Assembly: GCA_947581765.1 (NCBI GenBank)
Contig: CANPVU010000001.1
Span: 5,513-69,512, forward strand
Length of the DNA stretch: 64,000 bases
From: an uncultured Bacilli bacterium
GTDB lineage: Bacteria; Bacillota_I; Bacilli_A; RF39; UBA660
Reading direction: 5' to 3'
In this document: positions 29,536-39,114 of the stretch, piece after piece
Layout: the number at the start of each line of letters is the position of its first letter
Position numbering within the stretch: the first letter of the stretch is position 1
Notes under the pieces: model-generated
Told to the model about the DNA's origin: nothing
The model's input: only the letters and a program-made list of their open reading frames with translations
Databases searched by the model: none
Program-made: the position numbers and the translations under genes

Positions 29536-29650
29536 TGAAAAATAATTTAAATGATTAATAATAAAAACTCATAGTTTTCTTATGTTTAAGATAAAACTAT
29601 GAGTTTTTTCTATAATGGGTTCACTTTAAGAAAATTTTAAATATCATAAA
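29457..29650. promoter_or_regulatory. Divergent promoter region with 16-bp perfect inverted repeat and TATAAT-GGGTTCACT element
   Basis: AAAAACTCATAGTTTT (29563-29578), 14-nt spacer, AAAACTATGAGTTTTT (29593-29608), then TATAAT (29611-29616) and GGGTTCACT (29617-29625). This is about 26 bp upstream of the 29651 start. Confidence 0.5.
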
Positions 29651-30529
29651 ATGTTTTTACTACAAAAAAAGAACAAATTGAAATGTTATGGAGGAAATAT
29701 GACAAAAAATAACTTATCATCAGTGCAAGCTCATGTGTTAGATATATTACATCAATTGATTGAATTATTTGAAAAAGAAAATATTTCTTATTACATCCTT
29801 GGTGGTACTATGTTAGGTGCTATTCGTCACAAAGGATTTATTCCATGGGATGATGATGTTGACATAGGTATACCCAGGGAAGACTACGAACGATTTTTAA
29901 AAGAATGTAACTCTAAACTATCACAATATTTAAAAATCAGAACATATAATGATGAATCATATCATCATTATTACTATGCAAGAGTAGTAGATACAAGATA
30001 CCATATAAAAAGAAAAGGTAGTATTAAAGAAAGAGAAGAAGAATTATGGGTAGACATTTTTCCTTTAGATGGAATGCCTAATAGCAAAATAAAAACAATA
30101 ATTCATAAAATTAAATTGTTGTTTATAAGACTGTTATATCATATGTCATGCTTTGATAAAGTTAATATAAAACGTCCGGGAAGGCCTGTAATTGATAGGA
30201 TAATAATTAAAGTTCTTATGGTTACCCATATATGCTCCTCTCTTAATAGTACTAAGCTTCTGAATAAAATTGACAAACTTTTAAAAAAATACCCTATTTC
30301 TAGTTCAAAATATGTATTTAATTTTATGGGAAGTACCCATGCATTTCGTGAGATTTTTAATAAAGAGTGTTTCGCAGAAGGTACTAAATATGATTTTGAA
30401 GATATGAGATTAATTGGTCCCAAAAACTATGATTTTTATTTAAAAAAACTGTATGGAGATTATATGAAACTGCCTCCCGAAAACGAAAGAAATATTCATG
30501 CAGATGAATTCGTTGAAAAGGAAGAATAG
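29651..30529 (+). CDS. LicD-family phosphotransferase
   Basis: [31 protein letters not shown]. Confidence 0.8.
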   Translation: MFLLQKKNKLKCYGGNMTKNNLSSVQAHVLDILHQLIELFEKENISYYILGGTMLGAIRHKGFIPWDDDVDIGIPREDYERFLKECNSKLSQYLKIRTYNDESYHHYYYARVVDTRYHIKRKGSIKEREEELWVDIFPLDGMPNSKIKTIIHKIKLLFIRLLYHMSCFDKVNIKRPGRPVIDRIIIKVLMVTHICSSLNSTKLLNKIDKLLKKYPISSSKYVFNFMGSTHAFREIFNKECFAEGTKYDFEDMRLIGPKNYDFYLKKLYGDYMKLPPENERNIHADEFVEKEE

Positions 30530-30548
30530 TTTTTAGAAAGGAGTAATA

Positions 30549-31433
30549 ATGCGTTTACATGATGTTTCTAAAAGTGCTTCAAATAGTGAAGTTCCTATTC
30601 TTTCTGAAGAGCAATTAAAAAAACTACAAAAATTATTATTATCCATACTAGAAGATATTGATTATATATGTGATAAATATAACCTAAAATATATTCTTAT
30701 AGGTGGTTCTGCAATTGGGGCAATGAGACATAAAGGATTTATTCCATGGGATGATGATATAGACATTGCTATAACCAGAAAAGATTATAATGAATTAGTA
30801 AAAATTATACGTACAGAATATTCAAATAAATATTCGATTTTTGATGCTAATGATGATAAAAATTATGGTAGAATTATTCCAAAAATTAGATTAAAAGGAA
30901 CTACATATAGAACAATACTAGAACCTGATCTTGAAGATTGTGGAATAAGAATTGATATATTTTTAATTGAAAATGTATTCAATAATTTCTTGCTCCGAAA
31001 TATTCAGGGTATCGGTTGTTTATTTTTTGGTTTTGCTTTATCATGCAGAAGACTTTATAGTCATAAAAACGAATTTAAAAATATTGTATCGGGTGTTTCA
31101 TTTAAAATTAAAAAGTTTCTAGGATTTATTTTTAGTTTTGCATCGTTAGAAACATGGGCAAGATGGACTAATAAATGGTATTCAATATGTAAAAAAGATG
31201 ATTCAAAGTATGTATCTGTTCCAACAGATGGAGCTCACTTTTTTGGTGAACTTACTAACAGAACAAATCTTTGTGATAGAAAAGAAATAATATTTGAAGG
31301 AAAAAAAAGATATGTACCAAGTTCGGTTGATTCTTATCTTACAAGAATTTATGGTAATTATATGAAAATTCCACCAATTGAAAAGCAACTTAGAAGTAAA
31401 TATTTAGAATATAATCTTGGTAAATATGAATAA
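30549..31433 (+). CDS. LicD-family phosphotransferase
   Basis: [31 protein letters not shown]. Confidence 0.8.
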   Translation: MRLHDVSKSASNSEVPILSEEQLKKLQKLLLSILEDIDYICDKYNLKYILIGGSAIGAMRHKGFIPWDDDIDIAITRKDYNELVKIIRTEYSNKYSIFDANDDKNYGRIIPKIRLKGTTYRTILEPDLEDCGIRIDIFLIENVFNNFLLRNIQGIGCLFFGFALSCRRLYSHKNEFKNIVSGVSFKIKKFLGFIFSFASLETWARWTNKWYSICKKDDSKYVSVPTDGAHFFGELTNRTNLCDRKEIIFEGKKRYVPSSVDSYLTRIYGNYMKIPPIEKQLRSKYLEYNLGKYE

Positions 31434-31436
31434 TTT

Positions 31437-32528
31437 ATGAGGAGGGATATTATGATTAATTTTACAGTTGGTCCTGTTCAATCAGACGAAAAGGTTCTTG
31501 AAATTGGTTCAAAAAATGTACCATATTTTAGAACACCAGAGTTTTCAGAAATAATGCTTGAAAATGAAAGAATAATGAAAAAATTGACTTTTGCCTCCGA
31601 AAATGATCGAGTTGTATTTATTACTGGATCTGGCACAGCTTCTATGGAAGCAGCTATTATGAATGTTTTTACACAAAACGATAAAGTTTTAGTAATAAAT
31701 GGAGGAAGTTTTGGACAAAGATTTGCGGAAATGTGTGAAATTCACGATATTCCATATACAGAAATTAAGCTTCAAACTGGTAAAACAATTGATGAAGAAT
31801 TATTAAAAAAATATGATAACCAAGGATATACAGGATTCTTAGTAAATATCCATGAGACATCTACTGGGGTTTATTATAATCTAAATATTATAAGTGATTT
31901 TTGTAAAAGAAATAACATTTTCCTTGTTGTTGATGCAATAAGTTCATTTCTAGCTGATTCGTTTAATATGACTGAATTAGGTGTCGATGTCATGATTACT
32001 GGTTCACAAAAAGCATTAGCCTGTCCACCTGGAATTTCAATAATTATACTTTCTGAAAAAGCTATAAATCGTGTAATGAATAATAATGTTAAATCAATGT
32101 ATTTCGATTTAAAACTAGCATTAAAGAATGGTGAACGAGGACAAACTCCTTTTACACCGGCTGTAGGTATTTTATTACAAATTCATGAAAGACTTAAACA
32201 AATTGAAAAAAATGGTGGAATAGCCGTTGAACAAAAGAAAATTTCAAAATTGGCAAACGATTTTAGAAATCGTATTAAGGATTTGCCACTTGATATTTGT
32301 TCGGAATCACTTTCGAATGCAGTTACTCCTCTTTCAACAAGAAATTGTTCAGCATATAATATTTTTACAACACTTAAAGATGAGTACGGAATATGGATTT
32401 GCCCCAATGGTGGTGATTTGAAAGACAAAGTATTTCGTGTTGGGCATATAGGAAATTTAACAATTAATGATAATATTAAACTTTCAGATGCACTTCATGA
32501 TTTATTCAAAAAAGGAATATTAAAATAA
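31437..32528 (+). CDS. Class V (AGAT/SPT-family) pyridoxal-phosphate aminotransferase
   Basis: MINFTVGPV...ITGSGTASMEAAIMNV...SQKAL(A)CPPG follows the layout of serine-pyruvate / 2-aminoethylphosphonate-pyruvate type transaminases. Likely start at MINF (31452). Confidence 0.6.
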   Translation: MRRDIMINFTVGPVQSDEKVLEIGSKNVPYFRTPEFSEIMLENERIMKKLTFASENDRVVFITGSGTASMEAAIMNVFTQNDKVLVINGGSFGQRFAEMCEIHDIPYTEIKLQTGKTIDEELLKKYDNQGYTGFLVNIHETSTGVYYNLNIISDFCKRNNIFLVVDAISSFLADSFNMTELGVDVMITGSQKALACPPGISIIILSEKAINRVMNNNVKSMYFDLKLALKNGERGQTPFTPAVGILLQIHERLKQIEKNGGIAVEQKKISKLANDFRNRIKDLPLDICSESLSNAVTPLSTRNCSAYNIFTTLKDEYGIWICPNGGDLKDKVFRVGHIGNLTINDNIKLSDALHDLFKKGILK

Positions 32529-32548
32529 ATTTATAAGGAGATTAGAAA

Positions 32549-33484
32549 ATGAAAATAATAACACATAAAATGATTGATAATTTAAACCTTGATTCAAATG
32601 TTTGGTACGAATGGGCTGAACATGTAATAAAAAATAAGCATATGTATAATATGCCAGCCAAAACTAGTATCCATTTTGGAAGTTCATACTTTAATACTAT
32701 GCCAAGTATTCTTCCACCCGAAAATGTAATGGGAGTTAAAGTAGTTAATCGTTATCTTGGAAGAATTCCATCTTTAGATAGTCAAATTTTACTATATAAA
32801 TATGATAATGGAGAAAATATTGCACTCATGGATGCAAGTAAGATTACGGCAATGAGAACTGGGGCAGTAGCTGTACATACTATGGAACTTTTTGCTAATG
32901 ATGACTTTTATGAAGTTGGTATTATGGGATTTGGAAATATAGGTATAGCAACAATGGATATTTTAACATCACATTATTCGAATAGAAATATGAAAATAAA
33001 ACTTCTACGTTATAAAGATCATGCAGAAAAAGTCATAGAACGTTATAAAGAATATTCGAATATTTCATTTGAAATTGTAGATTCTGTTAAAGAAATTATT
33101 GTTGGAAGTGATGTAATAATATCATGTATCACATATACAGAAGATTTGCTTGGTGAAGATGAATGGTATAAAGAGGGATGCCTCGTTATACCAGTACATT
33201 TAAGAGGTTTCCAAAATTGTGATTTATTCTTTGATAAAGTATATGGAGATGACTATAATCAAATAAAAGGATTTGAATATTTTGATAAATTTAAATATTT
33301 TGCTGAAACTGCTGAAGTACTTCGTGGAGAAAAAAAAGGTCGTGAAAATAAATCTGAACGTATAATATGTTATAGTGTTGGAATGTCTTTACACGATATA
33401 TATGCAGCATCAAAAATTTATTCATATTTTGATAATATTGATGATACTTTATCACTTTCACCTGATACAAGATATTGGATATAA
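32549..33484 (+). CDS. Ornithine cyclodeaminase / mu-crystallin family NAD(P)-dependent dehydrogenase
   Basis: ITAMRTGAVAVHT and GIMGFGNIG (Rossmann fold) match the OCD/mu-crystallin family (SbnB/alanine dehydrogenase-like). Confidence 0.55.
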   Translation: MKIITHKMIDNLNLDSNVWYEWAEHVIKNKHMYNMPAKTSIHFGSSYFNTMPSILPPENVMGVKVVNRYLGRIPSLDSQILLYKYDNGENIALMDASKITAMRTGAVAVHTMELFANDDFYEVGIMGFGNIGIATMDILTSHYSNRNMKIKLLRYKDHAEKVIERYKEYSNISFEIVDSVKEIIVGSDVIISCITYTEDLLGEDEWYKEGCLVIPVHLRGFQNCDLFFDKVYGDDYNQIKGFEYFDKFKYFAETAEVLRGEKKGRENKSERIICYSVGMSLHDIYAASKIYSYFDNIDDTLSLSPDTRYWI

Positions 33485-34833
33485 AAATTGGAGTTTCCAT
33501 GAAAAAAGTAATTACATACGGAACATACGATTTATTACATTATGGTCATATTCGGTTACTTGAAAGAGCCAAAGCTTTAGGGGATTATTTAATCGTAGCT
33601 GTAACATCCGATGATTATGATAAGTCACGTGGAAAAATCAATGTCAAACAATCGTTAATTGAACGTGTAGAAGCGGTACGTAAAACCGGACTTGCAGATG
33701 AAATAATTGTAGAAGAATATGAAGGTCAAAAAATTGATGATATTAAAAAATTTGATATTGATATATTTACTGTAGGTTCAGATTGGAAAGGTGTATTTGA
33801 TTATCTTTCAGAATATTGTGAGGTTGTTTATTTGGATAGAACTGAAGGAATTTCTAGTTCTGAACTTAGAAAATCAGAATATTTAATCAATTTAGGAATT
33901 GTAGGAGATTCATCATTTTTAAATAGAATTGAAAAAGAAGCTAAATTTGTTAATGGTATTGTATTATCTGGAATTTGTACAAATAAATGTGAAAAAATGT
34001 CTAATGCAATTTTGAAACTTCCTTTGGTAACTGATAACTACAAAACTTTATTAGAACATTCAGATGCTGTTTATATTCATTCAATACCTGAGGAACATTA
34101 TGTCCAAATTAAACAAGCATTACAAATGGGAAAACATGTTCTTTGTGAATCACCTATTGCTATGTCAATGGTTGAGTGGGAGGAACTACAAAAAATTGCA
34201 AAACAAAATAATTGTATCTTGATGGATGCCCTAAGAACTGCATATTCTACTGCATTTTGTAGATTATTACTTTTAGCAAAAACTGGTAAGATTGGGAAAG
34301 TACTATCAGTAGATGCTACTTGTACTAGTTTACGAAAAATTGATAAAAATCAACTATCCAAATCTTGGAATAGTATTTCAGCATGGGGACCCACTGCATT
34401 GTTACCGATATTTCAATTATTTGGTACAGAATATAAAATAAAGCAGATTGTTTCAAATTTTATTGATTCTAATCAAACGTTTGATTCATTTACTAAAATT
34501 TCATTTGTTTATCAAAATTCAGTGGCATCTCTAAAGGTAGGCATGGGGCTAAAATCTGAAGGAGAATTAATTATATCTGGTACAAAAGGATATATATACG
34601 TCCCTTCCCCATGGTGGAAAACTGACTATTTTGAAATTAGATATGAAAATCCATCTGAAAACAAGAGATATTTTTATCAACTTGATGGTGAAGGTATTAG
34701 ACTAGAACTTGTAACTTTTGCAAAATCTATATCTAGTGGAAAAAATCTTTCGTCAATAGACCAAGAAGTGTCTAAAGCAATTTGTAAAATTTTAGAAGAT
34801 TTTAAAAACTGTGAAGATATGATTATTATTTAA
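33475..34833 (+). CDS. Fusion protein: TagD-family cytidylyltransferase (N-terminal) plus Gfo/Idh/MocA-like oxidoreductase (C-terminal)
   Basis: N-terminal VITYGTYDLLHYGHIRLLERAKALGDYLIVAVTSDDYD. The C-terminal ~320 aa start LGIVGDSSF (Rossmann) with the dehydrogenase alpha/beta layout. Confidence 0.65.
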   Translation: MDIKIGVSMKKVITYGTYDLLHYGHIRLLERAKALGDYLIVAVTSDDYDKSRGKINVKQSLIERVEAVRKTGLADEIIVEEYEGQKIDDIKKFDIDIFTVGSDWKGVFDYLSEYCEVVYLDRTEGISSSELRKSEYLINLGIVGDSSFLNRIEKEAKFVNGIVLSGICTNKCEKMSNAILKLPLVTDNYKTLLEHSDAVYIHSIPEEHYVQIKQALQMGKHVLCESPIAMSMVEWEELQKIAKQNNCILMDALRTAYSTAFCRLLLLAKTGKIGKVLSVDATCTSLRKIDKNQLSKSWNSISAWGPTALLPIFQLFGTEYKIKQIVSNFIDSNQTFDSFTKISFVYQNSVASLKVGMGLKSEGELIISGTKGYIYVPSPWWKTDYFEIRYENPSENKRYFYQLDGEGIRLELVTFAKSISSGKNLSSIDQEVSKAICKILEDFKNCEDMIII

Positions 34834-34851
34834 GGAGCTGCGATATAGAAT

Positions 34852-35856
34852 ATGAAAAATAATAAACAAATCGAAAAAATTGATTTTGTAATTATATGGG
34901 TTGATGGAGATGATCCAGAATGGCAAAAAGAATATAATAAGTACAGAAATGTTGATGGTGATAAAAGAAATTCACGTTTTAGAGATATGGAATTATTGCA
35001 ATATTGGTTTAGAGGTGTAGAGAAATTTACTCCATGGGTAAATAAGATATATTTTGTTACATGCGGTCAAAAACCTACATGGTTAAACACTAATCATCCA
35101 AAACTTGTATGTATAAATCATAAAGATTATATACCTAAACAATATCTTCCTACTTTCTCAAGTCATACAATTGAGGACAATTTACATAGAATTAAGGATT
35201 TAAGTGAACGTTTTGTTTATTTTAATGACGATACATTTATAATCAAATCAATGCAACCAGAAGATTTTTTTAAAAATGGTCTTCCATGTGAATCTGCAGT
35301 TATGAACTATTCAGCCCCAAGAAAAGAACCACTCAATCTTGTTCCTTTTGTTAATGTGGCAACAATCAATAGAAATTTTATAAAAAAAGATGTATTAAGG
35401 AAAAATTTAAGAAAGTTTTTTTCCTTTAAATATAATAAATATTTAATAAAGAATTTCCAGTTTATTATTGGTACATGGTTTCCTGGATTTAAATATTTTC
35501 ACTTACCAACGTCATTCTTAAAATCTACCTTTGAAGAAGTGTGGCAAAAAGAATATGACCTACTTGATAAAACCAGTAGTCACAAATTTCGTGTTCTTAC
35601 AGACGTTAATCAATGGCTATTTAAAGATTGGCAAATATGTAGTGGAAAATTTTATCCTAGAAACACAAACATCGGATATTATGCAGTAATCGATAGTGAT
35701 ACTGCTTTGTATAATGCTATTGCAGCTATGAAAAAAAGAAAATATAAACTATTTTGTGCTAATGATGAAGATTATGAAAATTTTGATTTGATGAAATCAG
35801 AACTAAAAAAAGCATTCAATGACTTGCTACCCGAAAAAAGTAAATTTGAAATATAG
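34852..35856 (+). CDS. Stealth-family capsular hexose-1-phosphoryltransferase
   Basis: Stealth conserved regions: IDFVIIWVDGDDPEW (CR1), ELLQYWFRGVEKFTPWVNKIYFVTCGQ (CR2), FVYFNDD (CR3). Confidence 0.7.
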   Translation: MKNNKQIEKIDFVIIWVDGDDPEWQKEYNKYRNVDGDKRNSRFRDMELLQYWFRGVEKFTPWVNKIYFVTCGQKPTWLNTNHPKLVCINHKDYIPKQYLPTFSSHTIEDNLHRIKDLSERFVYFNDDTFIIKSMQPEDFFKNGLPCESAVMNYSAPRKEPLNLVPFVNVATINRNFIKKDVLRKNLRKFFSFKYNKYLIKNFQFIIGTWFPGFKYFHLPTSFLKSTFEEVWQKEYDLLDKTSSHKFRVLTDVNQWLFKDWQICSGKFYPRNTNIGYYAVIDSDTALYNAIAAMKKRKYKLFCANDEDYENFDLMKSELKKAFNDLLPEKSKFEI

Positions 35857-35867
35857 TAAGGTGTTGT

Positions 35868-36959
35868 ATGTTGAAATCAAAAAAAAATATTTTATTTTAT
35901 ATCTCATGGATTCTTTATTCTAGTTCATACTTCTTATTTGTTGCTTCAAGTTTGAAATACATAACTAACATTCATGCATATTATAAATTCTTTCAATATA
36001 TTGTAATTTTTTTACTTGCAATACAATTAATAAAATTAAAATATAATTTAAAAAATTTTTTAATAATTACTCTTTTGATTATTTTAGCATTTTTGGTTAT
36101 GAACATGGAAATTATGATTATAATACTTTTTATACTGTGTGCGAGAAATATCAATATAAAAAAATTTTTAAATTTTGATATTAAATTGAAATTGTTTTGG
36201 ATTATATCTATTATTTTTTTATTTATTATAGGAATATTACCTAATGTAGATGGTATTTTTTATCAAACATATAAACAATCATTTGGATTTCAACACCCAA
36301 ATACGTTAGCAATGAATTCATATCTAGTAATGATAGAATTTCTTAGTATTAAATTTAAAAATTTAAAACGTTTAGATATTATTTTATTATTTATTTTATT
36401 CATATTTGTGAATTCTATTACACATTCACGAACAGCAGGATATTCATTTGTTTTTTTATTTATTTTTACATTGATATCAAAAATATATCCAAAAGTTTTT
36501 AATCTAAAAATTGTAAAAATTGCAATAATTTTTCTTGCCCCGATGTTAGCACTTTTGACTGTATATTTAACTTTACAATATAGCTCTGGAAGTGATTTTA
36601 TTTTATCTTTAAATAAATTACTTTCTGGTAGAATCTTTTTGCAATATATGAATATGAAAAAATATAAAATTACATTATTTGGTCAAGAATTTGATGAATC
36701 TTTTATGTATTTTTTAGATAGTGGATATCTAAGGGCATTACTAGAATTCGGATTATTATTTTTAGTTTTAATGTGTACATTATATATTAGATTGATGCAT
36801 AAATGTTTAAAAAATAAAGAATATGGATTAACAATTCTTATTATATTTTGTGTGCTCTTAGGTTTCACTGAAAGCTCATTTTTGAAAATTGTTGTAAATG
36901 TCTCGTTTATATTATTTTTAAACAATGAATTAAGAAAAAAAATAGATAGTTTTGATTGA
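35868..36959 (+). CDS. Wzy-like polymerase membrane protein
   Basis: 363 aa, about 10 transmembrane helices, sits between Stealth and GT2 genes. Confidence 0.55.
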   Translation: MLKSKKNILFYISWILYSSSYFLFVASSLKYITNIHAYYKFFQYIVIFLLAIQLIKLKYNLKNFLIITLLIILAFLVMNMEIMIIILFILCARNINIKKFLNFDIKLKLFWIISIIFLFIIGILPNVDGIFYQTYKQSFGFQHPNTLAMNSYLVMIEFLSIKFKNLKRLDIILLFILFIFVNSITHSRTAGYSFVFLFIFTLISKIYPKVFNLKIVKIAIIFLAPMLALLTVYLTLQYSSGSDFILSLNKLLSGRIFLQYMNMKKYKITLFGQEFDESFMYFLDSGYLRALLEFGLLFLVLMCTLYIRLMHKCLKNKEYGLTILIIFCVLLGFTESSFLKIVVNVSFILFLNNELRKKIDSFD

Positions 36960-36986
36960 TTTTTTTACTAAATATGAGGTGATAAA

Positions 36987-37970
36987 GTGAACAAATTAGT
37001 ATCAATTATAATCCCTGTTTATAATGTTGAAAAATATTTAAATAGATGTGTTGAAAGTGTTGTAAACCAAATCTATAAAAATATTGAAATTATTTTGGTA
37101 GATGATGGTTCTCCAGATTCTTGCGGGAAAATGTGTGATGAATGGGGTAAAAAAGATTTGAGGATTAAAGTTATTCATAAAAAAAATGGTGGTCTGTCTG
37201 ATGCTAGAAACTTTGGTTTAAAAATAGCAACAGGAGAATACGTGCTATTTGTAGATTCAGATGATTGGATTTCAACTTCAATGGTTAAAGATATGGTCGA
37301 AAATATGGAAAAAAATAACGTCGATATGGTAATTTGCCAATTTTATCTTGCGTATGCAAACGGTAAAAAAATATGCAAATATAACAATATAATTGAAAAT
37401 CAAATATTTGATGTTAGACAGACTATTAAATTATTGCTAGATGATAAAATAATTACAAATCATATTTGGAGAAAATTATATAAAAGAAGGTTATTATATT
37501 CTAATTGTTTTCCAATTGGAATGAATTATGAAGATATTTATGTAATGCCTAAATTAATTTTTTCTTGCAAAAAAATATATTATACTAATAATCCATATTA
37601 TTACTATTTTCAAAATCAAAATAGTATTACGAATACAGCATCTTATAAAAATTCACTTGATCATTTTAAAGCAAAAAAACATAGTTTTGAACAAATTATA
37701 GAAAAATTTCCTGAAATGAAGCAAGAAGTTAAAATTATACAAGAAAAAACAATATTACATATATGCAATAATTTGATTAAGAATGAAAACAATTACAAGT
37801 TAACTAAATTAAAATTGAACATATTTACTGAATTAAGGAAAGAAAGTAAAAATTTAAATGGCTTAGATTTAAAATTCGGGCAAATGATTTTATTTAAAAC
37901 TTTTAAGCATTCTTTTAAAATTTTTCTAATACTTTGTTGGTTAAAAAAAATATATACTAGGAAAGGATAA
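36987..37970 (+). CDS. Glycosyltransferase family 2
   Basis: VSIIIPVYNVEKYLNRCVESVVNQ...ILVDDGSPDS...VDSDD. GTG start. Confidence 0.75.
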   Translation: MNKLVSIIIPVYNVEKYLNRCVESVVNQIYKNIEIILVDDGSPDSCGKMCDEWGKKDLRIKVIHKKNGGLSDARNFGLKIATGEYVLFVDSDDWISTSMVKDMVENMEKNNVDMVICQFYLAYANGKKICKYNNIIENQIFDVRQTIKLLLDDKIITNHIWRKLYKRRLLYSNCFPIGMNYEDIYVMPKLIFSCKKIYYTNNPYYYYFQNQNSITNTASYKNSLDHFKAKKHSFEQIIEKFPEMKQEVKIIQEKTILHICNNLIKNENNYKLTKLKLNIFTELRKESKNLNGLDLKFGQMILFKTFKHSFKIFLILCWLKKIYTRKG

Positions 37971-37974
37971 TAAA

Positions 37975-39051
37975 ATGAATTTAAGCAGAAAAAAATTTTT
38001 TATCAAGAATTTTCTTAAAATGATAATAGGATATTTTTTAAATATTAAGAATTTTAAAAATTATGACGAAAATACTATATTCTTTATAGGCGTGCCAGAG
38101 TATGGAAATTTAGGTGATCAGGCAATTGCTAAAGCTGAAATAAACTTTTTAAAAAAAATTTTACCTGAAAGTGAAATTGTGGTTATTACAGAGAAAAAAA
38201 GTATGGAAAATTTACTATGCATAAAAAAAACAACTAATAAATTTCACAATATTTGTACATTCATTGGTGGTGGAAATATGGGAGATTTATATTTTTTTCA
38301 AGAAAATCTTAGATTAACTGCAATAAAATTATTAAAAAAAGGAAAAATTATTATATTTCCTCAATCTATAGATTATAATGGAACCTCAAAACGATATAAA
38401 AAAGCAAAAAAAATATATGAGTCACATGATAATTTATTTTTATTTACACGTGAAAAAAATAGTGAGAAAAAAAGGAAATTATTATTTCCAATGTGCAAAG
38501 GTGGATTAGTTCCTGACATAGTATTATCATTAGAACCTAAAATTGAAAAAATAACTAGAAATGGAATTTACTTTTGCCTTAGAAATGACATAGAAAAAAA
38601 TGATAAAAGCTTAAAAATTATAACTGAATTAGAAAATTTTTCAAAAAAATTAAATTTTGAAATTAAAAAAATAGATACTAGTTGTTCTAAATATTGTACA
38701 AAATATGAAAAACAAAATATGCAATTAACTAATTTTCTAAAAGAGTTTTCTAAAGCTAATATAATTATAACAGATCGACTACATGGAATGATATTCAGTG
38801 TTATAACAAATACACCCTGTGTGGCTTTCGATAACACTACTGGAAAAAATAAGAGTCTATATAACACATGGCTAAATAAAGAAATGGTTTGTTTTATCGA
38901 TAATATTAATGATATTGAAAAAGCTAAATATTATATAAAAAAACATCAACAAAATAATCAGTATAATAAGAATTATCTGAATGAAATTAATAAATATTAT
39001 AAAATTTTAGAAAAAAGTATATTAGATTTTTACCAAAAAAGTTTTAAATAA
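37975..39051 (+). CDS. Polysaccharide pyruvyl transferase (CsaB/WcaK family)
   Basis: GNLGDQAIAKAE... and C-terminal ITDRLHGMIFSVITNTPCVAFDN, typical of PS_pyruv_trans. Confidence 0.7.
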   Translation: MNLSRKKFFIKNFLKMIIGYFLNIKNFKNYDENTIFFIGVPEYGNLGDQAIAKAEINFLKKILPESEIVVITEKKSMENLLCIKKTTNKFHNICTFIGGGNMGDLYFFQENLRLTAIKLLKKGKIIIFPQSIDYNGTSKRYKKAKKIYESHDNLFLFTREKNSEKKRKLLFPMCKGGLVPDIVLSLEPKIEKITRNGIYFCLRNDIEKNDKSLKIITELENFSKKLNFEIKKIDTSCSKYCTKYEKQNMQLTNFLKEFSKANIIITDRLHGMIFSVITNTPCVAFDNTTGKNKSLYNTWLNKEMVCFIDNINDIEKAKYYIKKHQQNNQYNKNYLNEINKYYKILEKSILDFYQKSFK

Positions 39052-39114
39052 ATTTGATTAAAAATTCATATGCTTATTTACAATCATTTTAGATTGGAGA
39101 TGAAAATCTGAATA

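Noticed and set aside
29563-29608. The 16-bp inverted repeat as flanks of an invertible promoter switch
   Set aside because: The two arms are only 14 bp apart, so they enclose no promoter-sized segment. It is a hairpin or palindrome rather than an invertible DNA element.
31437-32528. 2-aminoethylphosphonate pathway as explanation for the class V aminotransferase in cassette D
   Set aside because: No PEP mutase or phosphonopyruvate decarboxylase homolog is present anywhere in the window. The neighbouring genes are an OCD-family dehydrogenase and a cytidylyltransferase fusion instead.
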